Position numbers and translations under genes: made by a program. This document shows, piece after piece, positions 37,455 to 50,471 of a stretch of 64,000 nt of DNA. Within the stretch, counting starts at the first letter, position 1, and every line of letters starts with the position of its first letter. The notes beneath the pieces were generated by a model, which made no database searches, had not been told where the DNA came from, and worked only from the letters and a program-made list of their open reading frames with translations. The DNA is from Squalus acanthias (Eukaryota), in contig CM059438.1 in assembly GCA_030390025.1 (NCBI GenBank), positions 63,428,001-63,492,000 on the forward strand. Direction: 5' to 3'.

Positions 37455-40400
37455 CTGGAGTGGGCTATGGGGGGGTTGGAGTGGGCTATGGGGGGTTGGA
37501 GTGGGCTATGGGGGTGTTGGAGTGGGCTATGGGAGGGTTGGAGTGGGCTAAGGGGGGTTGGAGTGGGCTACGGGGGGTTGGAGTGGGCTATGGGGGGGTT
37601 GGAGTTGGCTATGGGAGTTGGAGTGGGCTATGGGGGGTTGGAGTGGGCTAAGGGGGGTTGGAGTGGGCTATGGGGGGTTGGAGTGGGCTATGGGGGGTTG
37701 GAGTGGGCTATGGGGGGGTTGGAGTTGGCTATGGGAGTTGGAGTGGGCTATGGGGGGTTGGAGTGGGCTATGGGGGGTTGGAGTGGGCTATGGGGGGTTG
37801 GAGTGGGCTATGGGGGCGGTTGGAGTGGGCTATGGGGGGTTGGAGTGGGCTATGGGAGGGTTGGAGTGGGCTATGGGGGGGTTGGAGTTGGCTATGGGAG
37901 TTGGAGTGGGCTATGGGGGGTTGGAGTGGGCTATGGGGGGTTGGAGTGGGCTATGGGGGGTTGGAGTGGGCTATGGGGGCGGTTGGAGTGGGCTATGGGG
38001 GGTTGGAGTGGGCTATGGGAGGGTTGGAGTGGGCTATGGGGGGTTGGAGTGGGCTATGGGGGGTTGGAGTGGGCTATGGGGGCGGTTGGAGTGGGCTATG
38101 GGAGGGTTGGAGTGGGCTATGGGGGGTTGGAGTGGGCTATGGGGGGGTTGGAGTGGGCTATGGGGGGGTTGGAGTTGGCTATGGGAGTTGGAGTGGGCTA
38201 TGGGGGGTTGGAGTGGGCTATGGGGGGTTGGAGTGGGCTATGGGGGGTTGGAGTGGGCTATGGGGGCGGTTGGAGTGGGCTATGGGGGGTTGGAGTGGGC
38301 TATGGGAGGGTTGGAGTGGGCTATGGGGGGGTTGGAGTGGGCTATGGGGGGTTGGAGTGGGCTATGGGAGGGTTGGAGTGGGCTATGGGGGGGTTGGAGT
38401 GGGCTATGGGGGGTTGGAGTGGGCTATGGGGGCGGTTGGAGTGGGCTATGGGAGGGTTGGAGTGGGCTATGGGGCGGTTGGAGTGGGCTATGGGGGGTTG
38501 GAGTGGGCTATGGGGGGTTGGAGTGGGCTATGGGGGTTTGGAGTGGGCTATGGAGGGTTGGAGTGGGCTATGGGGGGTTGGAGTGGGCTATGGAGGGTTG
38601 GAGTGGGCTATGGGGGGTTGGAGTGGGCTATGGGGGGTTGGAGTGGGCTATGGAGGGTTGGAGTGGGCTATGGGGGGTTGGCGTGGGCTATGGGGGGGGT
38701 TGGAGTGGGCTATGGGGGGTTGGAGTGGGCTACGGAGGGTTAGAGTGGGCTATGGAAGGTTGGAGTGGGCTATGGGGGGTTGGAGTGGGCTATGGGGAGT
38801 TGGAGTGGGCTATGGGGGGGTTGGAGTGGGCTATGGGGGGTTGGAGTGGGCTATGGGGGTTTGGAGTGGGCTATGGAGGGTTGGAGTGGGCTATGGGGGG
38901 TTGGAGTGGGCTATGGAGGGTTGGAGTGGGCTATGGGGGGTTGGCGTGGGCTATGGGGGGGGTTGGAGTGGGCTATGGGGGGTTGGAGTGGGCTACGGAG
39001 GGTTAGAGTGGGCTATGGAAGGTTGGAGTGGGCTATGGGGGGTTGGAGTGGGCTATGGGGAGTTGGAGTGGGCTATGGGGGGGTTGGAGTGGGCTATGGA
39101 GGGTTGGAGTGGGCTATGGGAGGGTTGGAGTGGGCTATGGGGGGTTGGAGTGGGCTATGGGGGGGGTTGGAGTGGGCTATGGGGGGGTTGGAGTGGGCTA
39201 TGGGGGGTTGGAGTGGGCTATGGGGGTTGGAGTGGGCTATTGGGGTTGGAGTGGGCTATGGGGGCGGTTGGAGTGGGCTATGGGGGGGTTGGCGTGGGCT
39301 ATGGGGGGTTGGAGTGGGCTATTGGGGTTGGAGTGGGCTATGGGGGGTTGGAGTGGGCTATGGGGGGTTGGAGTGGGCTATGGGAGGGTTGGAGTGGGCT
39401 ATGGGGGGTTGGAGTGGGCTATGGGGGGTTGGAGTGGGCTATGGGGGTGGTTGGAGTGGGCTATGGGAGGGTTGGAGTGGGCTATGGGGGGTTGGAGTTG
39501 GCTATGGGGGGGTTGGAGTGGGCTATGGGGGGGTTGGAGTTGGCTATGGGAGTTGGAGTGGGCTATGGGGGGTTGGAGTGGGCTATGGGGGGTTGGAGTG
39601 GGCTATGGGGGGTTGGAGTGGGCTATGGGGGGTTGGAGTGGGCTATGGGGGCAGTTGGAGTGGGCTATGGGGGGTTGGAGTGGGCTATGGGAGGGTTGGA
39701 GTGGGCTATGGGGGGGTTGGAGTGGGCTATGGGGGGTTGGAGTGGGCTATGGGGGCGGTTGGAGTGGGCTATGGGAGGGTTGGAGTGGGCTATGGGGCGG
39801 TTGGAGTGGGCTATGGGGGGTTGGAGTGGGCTATGGGGGGTTGGAGTGGGCTATGGGGGGTTGGAGTGGGCTATGGAGGGTTGGAGTGGGCTATGGGGGT
39901 TGGAGTGGGCTATGGAGGGTTGGAGTGGGCTATGGGGGGTTGGAGTGGGCTATGGGAGGGTTGGAGTGGGCTAAGGGGGGTTGGAGTGGGCTACGGGGGG
40001 TTGGAGTGGGCTATGGGGGGGTTGGAGTTGGCTATGGGAGTTGGAGTGGGCTATGGGGGGTTGGAGTGGGCTAAGGGGGGTTGGAGTGGGCTATGGGGGG
40101 TTGGAGTGGGCTATGGGGGGTTGGAGTGGGCTATGGGGGGGTTGGAGTTGGCTATGGGAGTTGGAGTGGGCTATGGGGGGTTGGAGTGGGCTATGGGGGG
40201 TTGGAGTGGGCTATGGGGGGTTGGAGTGGGCTATGGGGGCGGTTGGAGTGGGCTATGGGGGGTTGGAGTGGGCTATGGGAGGGTTGGAGTGGGCTATGGG
40301 GGGGTTGGAGTTGGCTATGGGAGTTGGAGTGGGCTATGGGGGGTTGGAGTGGGCTATGGGGGGTTGGAGTGGGCTATGGGGGGTTGGAGTGGGCTATGGG

Positions 40401-43135
40401 GCCGGTTGGAGTGGGCTATGGGGGGTTGGAGTGGGCTATGGGAGGGTTGGAGTGGGCTATGGGGGGTTGGAGTGGGCTATGGGGGGTTGGAGTGGGCTAT
40501 GGGGGCGGTTGGAGTGGGCTATGGGGGGTTGGAGTGGGCTATGGGGGGTTGGAGTGGGCTATGGGGGGTTGGAGTGGGCTATGGGGGCGGTTGGAGTGGG
40601 CTATGGGGGGTTGGAGTGGGCTATGGGAGGGTTGGAGTGGGCTATGGGGGGGTTGGAGTGGGCTATGGGGGGTTGGAGTGGGCTATGGGAGGGTTGGAGT
40701 GGGCTATGGGGGGGTTGGAGTGGGCTATGGGGGGTTGGAGTGGGCTATGGGGGCGGTTGGAGTGGGCTATGGGAGGGTTGGAGTGGGCTATGGGGCGGTT
40801 GGAGTGGGCTATGGGGGGTTGGAGTGGGCTATGGGGGGTTGGAGTGGGCTATGGGGGTTTGGAGTGGGCTATGGGGGGTTGGAGTGGGCTATGGGGGGTT
40901 GGAGTGGGCTATGGAGGGTTGGAGTGGGCTATGGGGGGTTGGAGTGGGCTATGGGGGGTTGGAGTGGGCTATGGAGGGTTGGAGTGGGCTATGGGGGGTT
41001 GGCGTGGGCTATGGGGGGGGTTGGAGTGGGCTATGGGGGGTTGGAGTGGGCTACGGAGGGTTAGAGTGGGCTATGGAAGGTTGGAGTGGGCTATGGGGGG
41101 TTGGAGTGGGCTATGGGGAGTTGGAGTGGGCTATGGGGGGTTGGAGTGGGCTATGGGGGGTTGGAGTGGGCTATGGGGGTTTGGAGTGGGCTATGGGGGG
41201 TTGGAGTGGGCTATGGGGGGTTGGAGTGGGCTATGGAGGGTTGGAGTGGGCTATGGGGGGTTGGCGTGGGCTATGGGGGGGGTTGGAGTGGGCTATGGGG
41301 GGTTGGAGTGGGCTACGGAGGGTTAGAGTGGGCTATGGAAGGTTGGAGTGGGCTATGGGGGGTTGGAGTGGGCTATGGGGAGTTGGAGTGGGCTATGGGG
41401 GGGTTGGAGTGGGCTATGGAGGGTTGGAGTGGGCTATGGGAGGGTTGGAGTGGGCTATGGGGGGTTGGAGTGGGCTATGGGGGGGGTTGGAGTGGGCTAT
41501 GGGGGGGTTGGAGTGGGCTATGGGGGGTTGGAGTGGGCTATGGGGGTTGGAGTGGGCTATTGGGGTTGGAGTGGGCTATGGGGGCGGTTGGAGTGGGCTA
41601 TGGGGGGGTTGGCGTGGGCTATGGGGGGTTGGAGTGGGCTATTGGGGTTGGAGTGGGCTATGGGGGGTTGGAGTGGGCTATGGGGGGTTGGAGTGGGCTA
41701 TGGGAGGGTTGGAGTGGGCTATGGGGGGTTGGAGTGGGCTATGGGGGGTTGGAGTGGGCTATGGGGGTGGTTGGAGTGGGCTATGGGAGGGTTGGAGTGG
41801 GCTATGGGGGGTTGGAGAGGGCTATGGGGGGGTTGGAGTGGGCTATGGGGGGGTTGGAGTTGGCTATGGGAGTTGGAGTGGGCTATGGGGGGTTGGAGTG
41901 GGCTATGGGGGGTTGGAGTGGGCTATGGGGGGTTGGAGTGGGCTATGGGGGGTTGGAGTGGGCTATGGGGGCAGTTGGAGTGGGCTATGGGGGGTTGGAG
42001 TGGGCTATGGGAGGGTTGGAGTGGGCTATGGGGGGGTTGGAGTGGGCTATGGGGGGTTGGAGTGGGCTATGGGGGCGGTTGGAGTGGGCTATGGGAGGGT
42101 TGGAGTGGGCTATGGGGCGGTTGGAGTGGGCTATGGGGGGTTGGAGTGGGCTATGGGGGGTTGGAGTGGGCTATGGGGGGTTGGAGTGGGCTATGGAGGG
42201 TTGGAGTGGGCTATGGGGGGTTGGAGTGGGCTATGGAGGGTTGGAGTGGGCTATGGGGGGTTGGAGTGGGCTATGGGGGGTTGGAGTGGGCTATGGAGGG
42301 TTGGAGTGGGCTATGGGGGGTTGGCGTGGGCTATGGGGGGGTTGGAGTGGGCTATGGGGGGTTGGAGTGGGCTATGGAGGGTTAGAGTGGGCTATGGAGG
42401 GTTGGAGTGGGCTATGGGGGGTTGGAGTGGGCTATGGGGGGTTGGAGTGGGCTATGGGGGGGTTGGAGTGGGCTATGGAGGGTTGGAGTGGGCTATGGGA
42501 GGGTTGGAGTGGGCTATGGGGGGTTGGAGTGGGCTATGGGGGGGGTTGGAGTGGGCTATGGGGGGGTTGGAGTGGGCTATGGGGGGTTGGAGTGGGCTAT
42601 GGGGGTTGGAGTGGGCTATTGGGGTTGGAGTGGGCTATGGGGGCGGTTGGAGTGGGCTATGGGGGCGTTGGCGTGGGCTATGGGGGGTTGGAGTGGGCTA
42701 TTGGGGTTGGAGTGGGCTATGGGGGGTTGGAGTGGGCTATGGGGGGTTGGAGTGGGCTATGGGGGGGTTGGAGTGGGCTATGGGGGTTGGAGTGGGCTAT
42801 TGGGGTTGGAGTGGGCTATGGGGGCGGTTGGAGTGGGCTATGGGGGGGTTGGCGTGGGCTATGGGGGGTTGGAGTGGGCTATGGGAGTTGGAGTGGGCTA
42901 TGGGGGGTTGGAGTGGGCTATGGGGGTTGGCGTGGGCTATGGGGGGGGTTGGCGTGGGCTATGGGGGGGGTTGGCGTGGGCTATGGGGGGGGTTGGAGTG
43001 GGCTATTGGGGTTGGAGTGGGCTATGGGGGGGGGGTTGGAGTGGGCTATTGGGGTTGGAGTGGGCTATTGGGGTTGGAGTGGGCTATGGGGGGGGTTGGA
43101 GTGGGCTATTGGGGTTGGAGTGGGCTATGGGGGTG
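37455..43135. repeat. G-rich minisatellite, ~20-bp unit TTGGAGTGGGCTATGGGGGG (~5.7 kb)
   Basis: Hundreds of tandem units with variable G-run length and extreme G/C strand skew. Confidence 0.98.
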
Positions 43136-43292
43136 GGGTAGGAGTAGGCTACAGGGTGGGGGTGGTTTTGGAGCAGACTGTGGCGGGGGGGGGGAGGATA
43201 GGAGCATGTTATGGGGTGGGGGCGTTGTGGTTGGAGCAGACTATGGGGGAGTGAGTAGGCGTTGCAGCCGGCTACCCTGCTCCTTCTGGCTC

Positions 43293-43575
43293 TGATGCGG
43301 AGATGCCGGTGTTGGACTGGGGTGGACAAAATTGAGAGGTCGCACAACACCAGGTTATAGTCCAACAGTTTTATTTGAAATCACAAGCTTTCGGAGCTAT
43401 CGATTGCCCCTTCCTCAGGTGAAGTAAATAGATACAGAATCGCCAAAGCATATATAGATAGAGAACAAAGCATGTGTACCTTACAATTGCAGACCACTAA
43501 ATTAAATCATCCTGACTATCTGCCGAGGTGTGATAAAGTTAATCAGGTCAGCCAGGAAGGTACCACATCAAAGAC
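43293..43575 (-). mobile_element. PLE family 1 terminal fragment with hammerhead motif (43381-43422)
   Basis: Homologous to 2911-3070. Minus strand reads UCAC-CUGAGGA-A-GGGGC-aaucgaua-GCUCC-GAAA-GCU-U-GUGA. Confidence 0.8.
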
Positions 43576-44391
43576 ATAGCAAGATACAACTGAGACAATG
43601 AGGTGTAGTTGCAGGGGCTCCACAGAGAGTTTTTTTTTTAGGAAAAAAGAATTTCTAAAAATGTTTGTCTCTTTGGCAGCCGCAGAGGCCTGTGAAGAAC
43701 TCTGAGCGGGACGGGCGCTGTTGCAAAATGTTGGGACTGAGATTCAGTAACGCACTGATCTGATATCAGCCACACTGCGGCAGAGAGGCTACACATCTTA
43801 AACTCTTTCAGATAGGATAACGTATTAAGGGTGGGGGGGGGGGGGCGAGCGTGCGGTGATGGGGAGAAGAGGGCAAGATCAGATGGGCCCACTTAACACC
43901 AGGCTACTCTCAATGATTCCTGATAAACACCACTGAGTGACCACAGGGTGGCCGGGGAATAAGCCTCCAACACCACTGTTGTGGCCACAATAGGTGTGTG
44001 ACTCTGGAGAACTTGGACAGAGGCTGAATTCGATGGAAAGGAGGATCACATACACTGGGCAGAGTGCGCAAACATTAAAATGTCAGCGATATATTGGCCA
44101 GCTTTCTATTTCTATTACCGTGTGAACAGGATAGACTCACTATAAAGTTGTGTTATTACTGGATGTGGTGCCGAGATGCTGCTGCAAATCATGCTGTCGT
44201 GATGGGAATCAACCCAACTCATTGTCAGTGAGATAGCTGACATTGACGTTCGGTTTACTCCTGGCGCTCAAACGTGCAGCCGTCAAGCTATGAGGTGACC
44301 AGGGAAACCCTGGCATTACCCAATAGTCACACAGTCCTGGGAGTTATGATGCACACTGAGTCCTGATTTTAGTTCTACCCAAACTGAACAG

Positions 44392-44570
44392 ACCGTGGCC
44401 TGCTCTCCCACTGCTGGCAAGGATCTGCTGGAGGAAGTGGACTTCACCTTGAGAAAGCTGCAGCCTCTCTCCAAACCTTCTCCCCCACGTGTAGACGTTC
44501 TGAATATCAATTCAATCCGAATTACCTGGAGTAAGCTTGTACTTGACAGCGGACTGGAGGTGACATACAG
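44392..44570 (+). CDS. Host ARM/FN3 gene, exon 6 of 8 seen (linker and start of FN3-1; not in the ORF track)
   Basis: Acceptor gaacag| and donor AG|gtgaga. Encodes TVACSPTAGKDLLEEVDFTLRKLQPLSKPSPPRVDVLNINSIRITWSKLVLDSGLEVTY. Phase 0 to phase 2. Confidence 0.82.
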
Positions 44571-47198
44571 GTGAGAAGATACTTCACGGTTGAGCAAGAT
44601 ACAATCGCAATAACCTTTTCTCGAATTAGTTCGGGACCGATTTAGACATTGGAGCACACGTGTGATTGAAAGGCCAGTTTACCGTTCACTTTTTTTGGTA
44701 GCTCAAAATTAATTCTGACGACGTCACAATCTCATCTGCTGAGGTTGTGACTTCCCGCCCCATTCAATCATTAATTAATTTATTAATGTATCGGAATAAA
44801 ATCGTGACGTATAACTGAATTGAAAGCGCTGAGATACTTCGGGGAGGCGAATGAAACGTAACAATCTTGGGGCGCTCTTGCATTTTGGTTGATAAGTTAC
44901 ATCTTTCCAACTACTTGGTGAATTATTTTCAATCTGACCACTCGTTGCTAGCGGTCAGTCCGTGCTCGGTAGAACAGTGTTGTAATTTTGCCTGAGCCGA
45001 AAAAATAAACTTTCCCAATTGTTCTGATTCTTGTTCTTTGCTAAAATCTTGGAATCAGGCAACCGGTCATGTTGAGTATAATACTAGCTTCTATCTGCAT
45101 GGCGCCTTTAGCAAGATAGAGAAAGGAGAAACTTGTATTTAAAAAGTGCCTTTCACGACTTTCGGATCTTCCAAAGTGCTTCACAGCCAATGACGTACTT
45201 TTTAATTGTCGTCACTGTTGCAATGTAGGAAAGGTAATAAAGCGTCTCAAGGCGCTTCACAAGTGCAGGGAAGATCTGAACAGTTGCGGGAGATTAGGAG
45301 AGATGCACAGTTGAAAGGGGAGGCTTTGCAGACCTTTATAAAGCCAGGAAAGAAAGTAGCAAGGCAAAGTAGGGCGTTGCAGAGGGCATGACCTAGACAG
45401 CTGAAAGCCCTGCTGCCCCGATAAGATTGTTGGACGTTTTTCAGTATCAGTGGACATGTTGTCATGGAGATTGGTAGCCTTATTTCAGAAACCCTTCCTC
45501 TAGGCCTAATGAATTTACTGTCAAACGCTCAGCCTTTTCACCAAGCTTAATGGAGATGGTAACTATGGTGAGTAATTTCATTGCACCATGCTTTCCCGGT
45601 TATGTGTTCCAGCTTCTTGTTTTTAAAATGCCTTCTTTTATTCCGCAGAGATTCTTAGTTGCAGACATCCTCCCTCCTGGGAACATCTGATGGTTGGTAT
45701 TAATATAAGTGTGGCCAGTCCGCATACAGATTGAGAGTCACCTGATCCTTGTTGAGTTTTCAACATATGTCAGTGCAGATATGAAGCTGTGCAGATCTAT
45801 ACAGGAAACGACAGTTTCATTGAAAAACCATCCAGAGGTGTCACGTTGCCTTATGATCATTCTCTGACTTTTGCCGTACAAAATTGGATGTCATTTATGA
45901 AGCCGTACTACTTTTCCTTTTAAATGAAAATGTCCCTGATTATAAGACCCAATATCTAACGTGTTCACAGCTCCCTTCTCAGTGGCAGGGAAAGTGTTGG
46001 ACCAACTACTCTTGAAGATACTCTGATGTTCTAGTCAGCCAAATTACCAATGCTCCACTGTCTTGGGTGTATTTTCATTATTCAACCTGAGCGATTCTTT
46101 TTGTTTTTCACAATCTTTCCACTGAGCTGCTGTGCGATCGGCAAATATTTAGTGGCATGCTCTTTCTAAAAAAAAAATCTCCTGCCCGATGTGTGAATGG
46201 ACAACTTATCAATAGCAGTTAGTGGCCTCAATCCATGGGATCTCCCCCTGCTTGCTGCCAGCGGACTGCACTCTCTTCCGTATGATGTTGTTTTGGGTTC
46301 CGTTGTGTAGTCCCTTCCATCGTGGAAATCCGTGACATTAAAAGGCCATTTAGAAAAAGCAAGCTTAACAGGAGGAGCACATGGGGGCGAGAGTTCAGCA
46401 AATTGGCAAGATGAGAATTATCTTCTTAATCCAGCTGCTCCAGGATGCTGAGGCCAATTGTAAGCCCCCTGCAGCTCACTTCATTAGTGAAAATCAACCA
46501 GCTCAGCACTAGTGATGGACCCTGAGACTTTCCTAGTCGGGTAGAGCCACTAAGGGAAGTGTAAAACCTGCTGAAGATATTTACTCATGCACTATAGTGT
46601 AAACTTGTGGACACTGTTACTTTATTAGTATTATTCATACACGGGATGTGGGCATCACCAGCAAGGCCAGCATTTATTGCCCATCCCTAATTTCCCTTGA
46701 GAAGGTGCCGGTGAGCCACCTTCTTGAGTAAGTGGCATTTCAGAGGGCAGTTATGAGGTCAGGTCTTAAAATGGGGCTTGAAAACATGACCGTCTCAAAC
46801 TAAATATCTAATTCTTCAAGAATTCTGCCCACCAATATGCTGCGTCCACTTTTGAAGGATATGTAACACGTGAAGACTGAATCCCTTGAGATATGTAAAT
46901 TCAAGTAATTAAGGTGCAAAGAGAAACAGACCTTGCATTTATATAAATGCCTCATCAAGCCTTCAGGAGATCCTAAAGCAGTTTACAACCAATGGATTAT
47001 TTTGAAGGGCAGTCACTATTGTTATGTAGTCAGAAGTATAAAGTGCAGTCATTCATGCACATATATACATGTATATAATGATGTATACGTATGGGGGTAC
47101 AGTAACATAGTGGTTATGTTACTGGACTAGTAATGCTGGGGGGCATTCTAATTTAGTGTTAGAAGTTGAATATAAAGTAGAAGTTGCTATAAGTCTAG

Positions 47199-47780
47199 AA
47201 ATACTCAGCAGGTCAGGCAACATCTGTGGAGAGAGAAACAGATTTAACGTTTCAGGTCGATGACCCTTCGTCAGAACTGGAAAAAGCTGGAGATGGAACA
47301 GGTTTTTAAGCAAGTGTAGGGGCAGGGAGAGGGGGGAGGGGAGGAAAGAACAAAAGGGAAGGTCTGTGATAGGATGGAAGGCAGGAGAGATTAAAAGACA
47401 AAAGGGATGATGGTGCAGGGCAAAAGCAGATGGTAATGGGACAAGTTAAGAAACAAAAGATGACTCTAGATGAAGTGTAAATGACAATGGCAGAATCATC
47501 GACAGCTGCCATGTGAGAGAGAGAGAAAAAAATGGAAAAAAAAGGTAGGGGCAGAGGTTATGGTCTGAAATTGTTTTCTTTTCTCCCCTCCCCCCTTTCC
47601 CTGCCCCCTGCACTTGCTTAAAAACCTGTTCCATCTCCAGCTTTTTCCAGTTCTGACGAAGGGTCATCGACCTGAAACGTTAACTCTGTTTCTCTCTCCA
47701 CGGATGCTGCCTGACCTGCTGAGTGTTTCCAGCATTTTCTGTTTTTATTTCAGATTTCCGGCATCCGCAGTATTTTGCTA
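47199..47780. mobile_element. PLE-like family 2 inverted pair
   Basis: ~47199-47355 is inverted relative to ~47570-47730. Degenerate 15-bp TSD TTGCTATAAGTCTAG (47184-47198) / TTGCTACAAACCTAG (47781-47795). Confidence 0.8.
47649..47685 (+). ncRNA. Minimal hammerhead ribozyme motif (family 2)
   Basis: AGUU-CUGACGA-A-GGGUC-auc-GACCU-GAAA-CGU-U-AACU, with stem I AGUU/AACU and palindromic ACGU. Confidence 0.72.
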
Positions 47781-47827
47781 TTGCTACAAACCTAGTTGGC
47801 TTTGATTCTCTTTTGCTGTGATTTCAG

Positions 47828-48535
47828 CTTGTTTGATGGCGATAAACCACTGTATAAGGGCCCAGACTGCAGCTATGTTCTAACAGATGTAAAACTGTGC
47901 AAAGAATACACTTTCAAGCTCCATGTTTCCACTGAGGGAGATGATGGGCTCTACAGCGACGTTACCACGGTGACCGTCGAAGAGTCGGTGCCGAGCTGCC
48001 CACTCGATTTTCGAGTGATAGGCTGCACTCCGACGCAGCTCAAGCTGGCGTGGGCCCCACCGGCCGAGCCCAACGGCGTCATTAAATGTTACACGGTGTA
48101 CAGAGGTGACGCGGTGATCGAATCTACTTCAGAACGCAGTTGTATCGTCAGTGGCCTCGCGCCATCCAAATCCTACGGGTTCCACGTGCGCGCCTGCACG
48201 AGCAAAGGAAAGGGCGAGAAGTCCTCGCTTGCAGCGAGCACCGCTGACCCCGGCGATCACGCTCCCAGTAAACTGACCCTCAACGTTCTGGGGCGCAACG
48301 AGGTGTTCATCACCTGGGACATGCCCGAGGTGCCCCTGGGACGCCTGTTCAACTTTGAACTGTGCATGAACGGGAAGGTGGTGTACCTGGGACCGGACCG
48401 CTCCTTCACTGCAAGGCGCCTGACCGCGAACACGGAATATGCCTGCACCGTGAGTGCCATCACGAGCAAGGGGAAATGCGAAAGCAAGCCAGTAATAAAG
48501 AAGACGGCCAAGGATGAGTATGAAAATACAACCAA
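47828..48535 (+). CDS. Host ARM/FN3 gene, exon 7 of 8 seen (end of FN3-1, FN3-2, FN3-3)
   Basis: Acceptor atttcag| and donor AA|gtacgt. FN3 hallmarks include LAWAPPAEPNGVIKCYTV, SGLAPSKSYGFHVRA, ITWDMP and LTANTEYACTVSA. Confidence 0.93.
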
Positions 48536-48704
48536 GTACGTTATCATTTATCGTACCAGTCCATTTTGGAACAAGTTAGCTCAATAGTCGAATGGATCGT
48601 TTTCGGTTCTTTTCAATGGCACCCCCCCCATTGCTTCTGAATGCAAAAGAAAGTAGGAACTTTGAAAGAAAAAGCTTTGTTTGGATATCCTCTCCAACAC
48701 CAAG

Positions 48705-49330
48705 TCCGCTTATTTCCACCTCCGTAACGTCGCCCGTCTCGCACTGCCGCAGCTCATCTGCTGCTGAAACCCTCGTCCATGCCTTTGTCACCCCATGACA
48801 TGACTATTCCAACGCTCTCCTGGCCGGCCTCCCACCTTTCACCCTCGGTCAACTTGAGCTCATCCAAAACTCTGCTGCCCGTGTCCTAAATCGCACCAAC
48901 TCCCGTTCACCCACCACCCCTGTGCTCGCTGACCTACATTGGCTCCAGGTCCGGCAATGCCTCGATATTAAAATTCTCATCCTTGTTTTCAAATCCCTCC
49001 AAGGCCTCACCCCTCCGTATCTCTGTAACCTCCTCCAGCCCTGTAACCCTCCGAGATCTCTGCGCTTCTCCAAATCTGGCCGATTACGCATCCCCAATTT
49101 TAATTGCTCTACCATTGGCGGCCGTGCCTTCAGCTACCTAGGCCCTAAGTTCTGGAATTCTCTTAAACCTCTCCGCCTCTCTCTCCTCCTTTAAGACACT
49201 CCTTAAAACCTACCTCACCTGTCCTAATATCTCCTTGTGTGGCTCAGTCTCAAGTTGATAACGTTCCTGTGAAGCACCTTGGGATGTTTTACTACGTTAA
49301 AGGCGCTATATAAATGCAAATTGTTGTTGT
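48705..49330 (+). mobile_element. L2 LINE 3' fragment
   Basis: DYSNALLAGLP / LIQNSAAR / LADLHWLQVRQCLDIKIL...GGRAFSYLGPKFWNSL and tail GGCGCTATATAAATGCAAATTGTTGTTG. Confidence 0.88.
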
Positions 49331-50471
49331 TTAGTGTTCCCACCTAAGGGATGAAGCAGTCCCTTCCTGATGATGTAGGGAAGCTTACTGGGGCTTTTTA
49401 AATTCACATTCAGGAAATATCAAGTAGGGATTAGGGAAAAATCTGAATCTGAATATGAGGATAGGGAGAGAAAGCTTATGTCATTCTTATTGATGGGGGC
49501 CAACATCACTATCAATCTCATTGCTCAGTTGACTTATAAACCAATTGTCAATAAAAGCTCCCCTCAACCAGTAGTTTTGCATTTGACCACTTGTCCTGAA
49601 CAAGCTGTTTGGGAATATCTTACCCCATTCCCAGTAGACTCCAGTTTGAAACCTAAGTGGTGGTTTGCTTGTTGCCACACCAGGACATGGAAATCATTCG
49701 GTTGGATACTTCTGGTTGGCATCTCCACCTGTCTATTTTTTGGCCTGACTGTTAATGCTTAATGGGATGTCTGTATTTTATTCATTTTAATTTAATCTAA
49801 TCAAGCAATGTTTTTTTTTTGAGTGTGTGGCCAGTTGTTGTCAGTGTTTTTTGGCCCCTGCCAAATCTCACAGGCCCTGATTTACCCTGACAGAACTGAA
49901 GATATAATGGGTCACGGGGGAGACACTGACTTGTGTGACAGGAGGATAAAGAAGTACATATTTAACAACAAAAGCACTTGAACCGAAGTGGCTTTGTAAA
50001 CTCTGGAATACATCGAGCTTTGAAATTCTAGAGCACCTTCCTGCAATTGGATTTGTTTTTACATGAAAAACCAACCTAAGGTTAGGTACACTCATCCTAA
50101 GAAAAATCCTTCAGTTATAACTTGATTGCTTTCGCAGAGTGATCTGAACCCCCTTCGACTTTTCTAAATGCATATTTGCTGACTGGTTCATTGAATACTC
50201 TTCTGCCCATAAACATAATCCTGACCTCCCAGCGGCTTTAACTCTTTCCTCTCCCATTCTCATCTGACTTTTCCAGCGTTGATCTTTTACACTGCTCTAA
50301 CCAAACTTAACCTGAACTTTAGGAACTGTATTTCCTCTTTCGCCTGGGCCCTCTGGTCTGGGCATTGACTTCAGCTTCAGTCCTTAGTTGTTCTGCTGAT
50401 TTCCCCCACCCCCGTGCTGGATTCTCCCAAAAGGTGTCATTCACATGTTTCCCCTTTCATTTTGAAACCAT

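Noticed and set aside
37416..43295. Very long Gly/Trp-rich ORFs (up to 1104 aa)
   Set aside because: They are translations of the 20-bp minisatellite, open in all three frames, with no splice or domain support.
47796..48587. Usherin, receptor phosphatase or a stand-alone FN3 gene
   Set aside because: The segment has splice sites in phase with ARM exons upstream and a short tail downstream. No laminin, Ig or transmembrane parts were seen.
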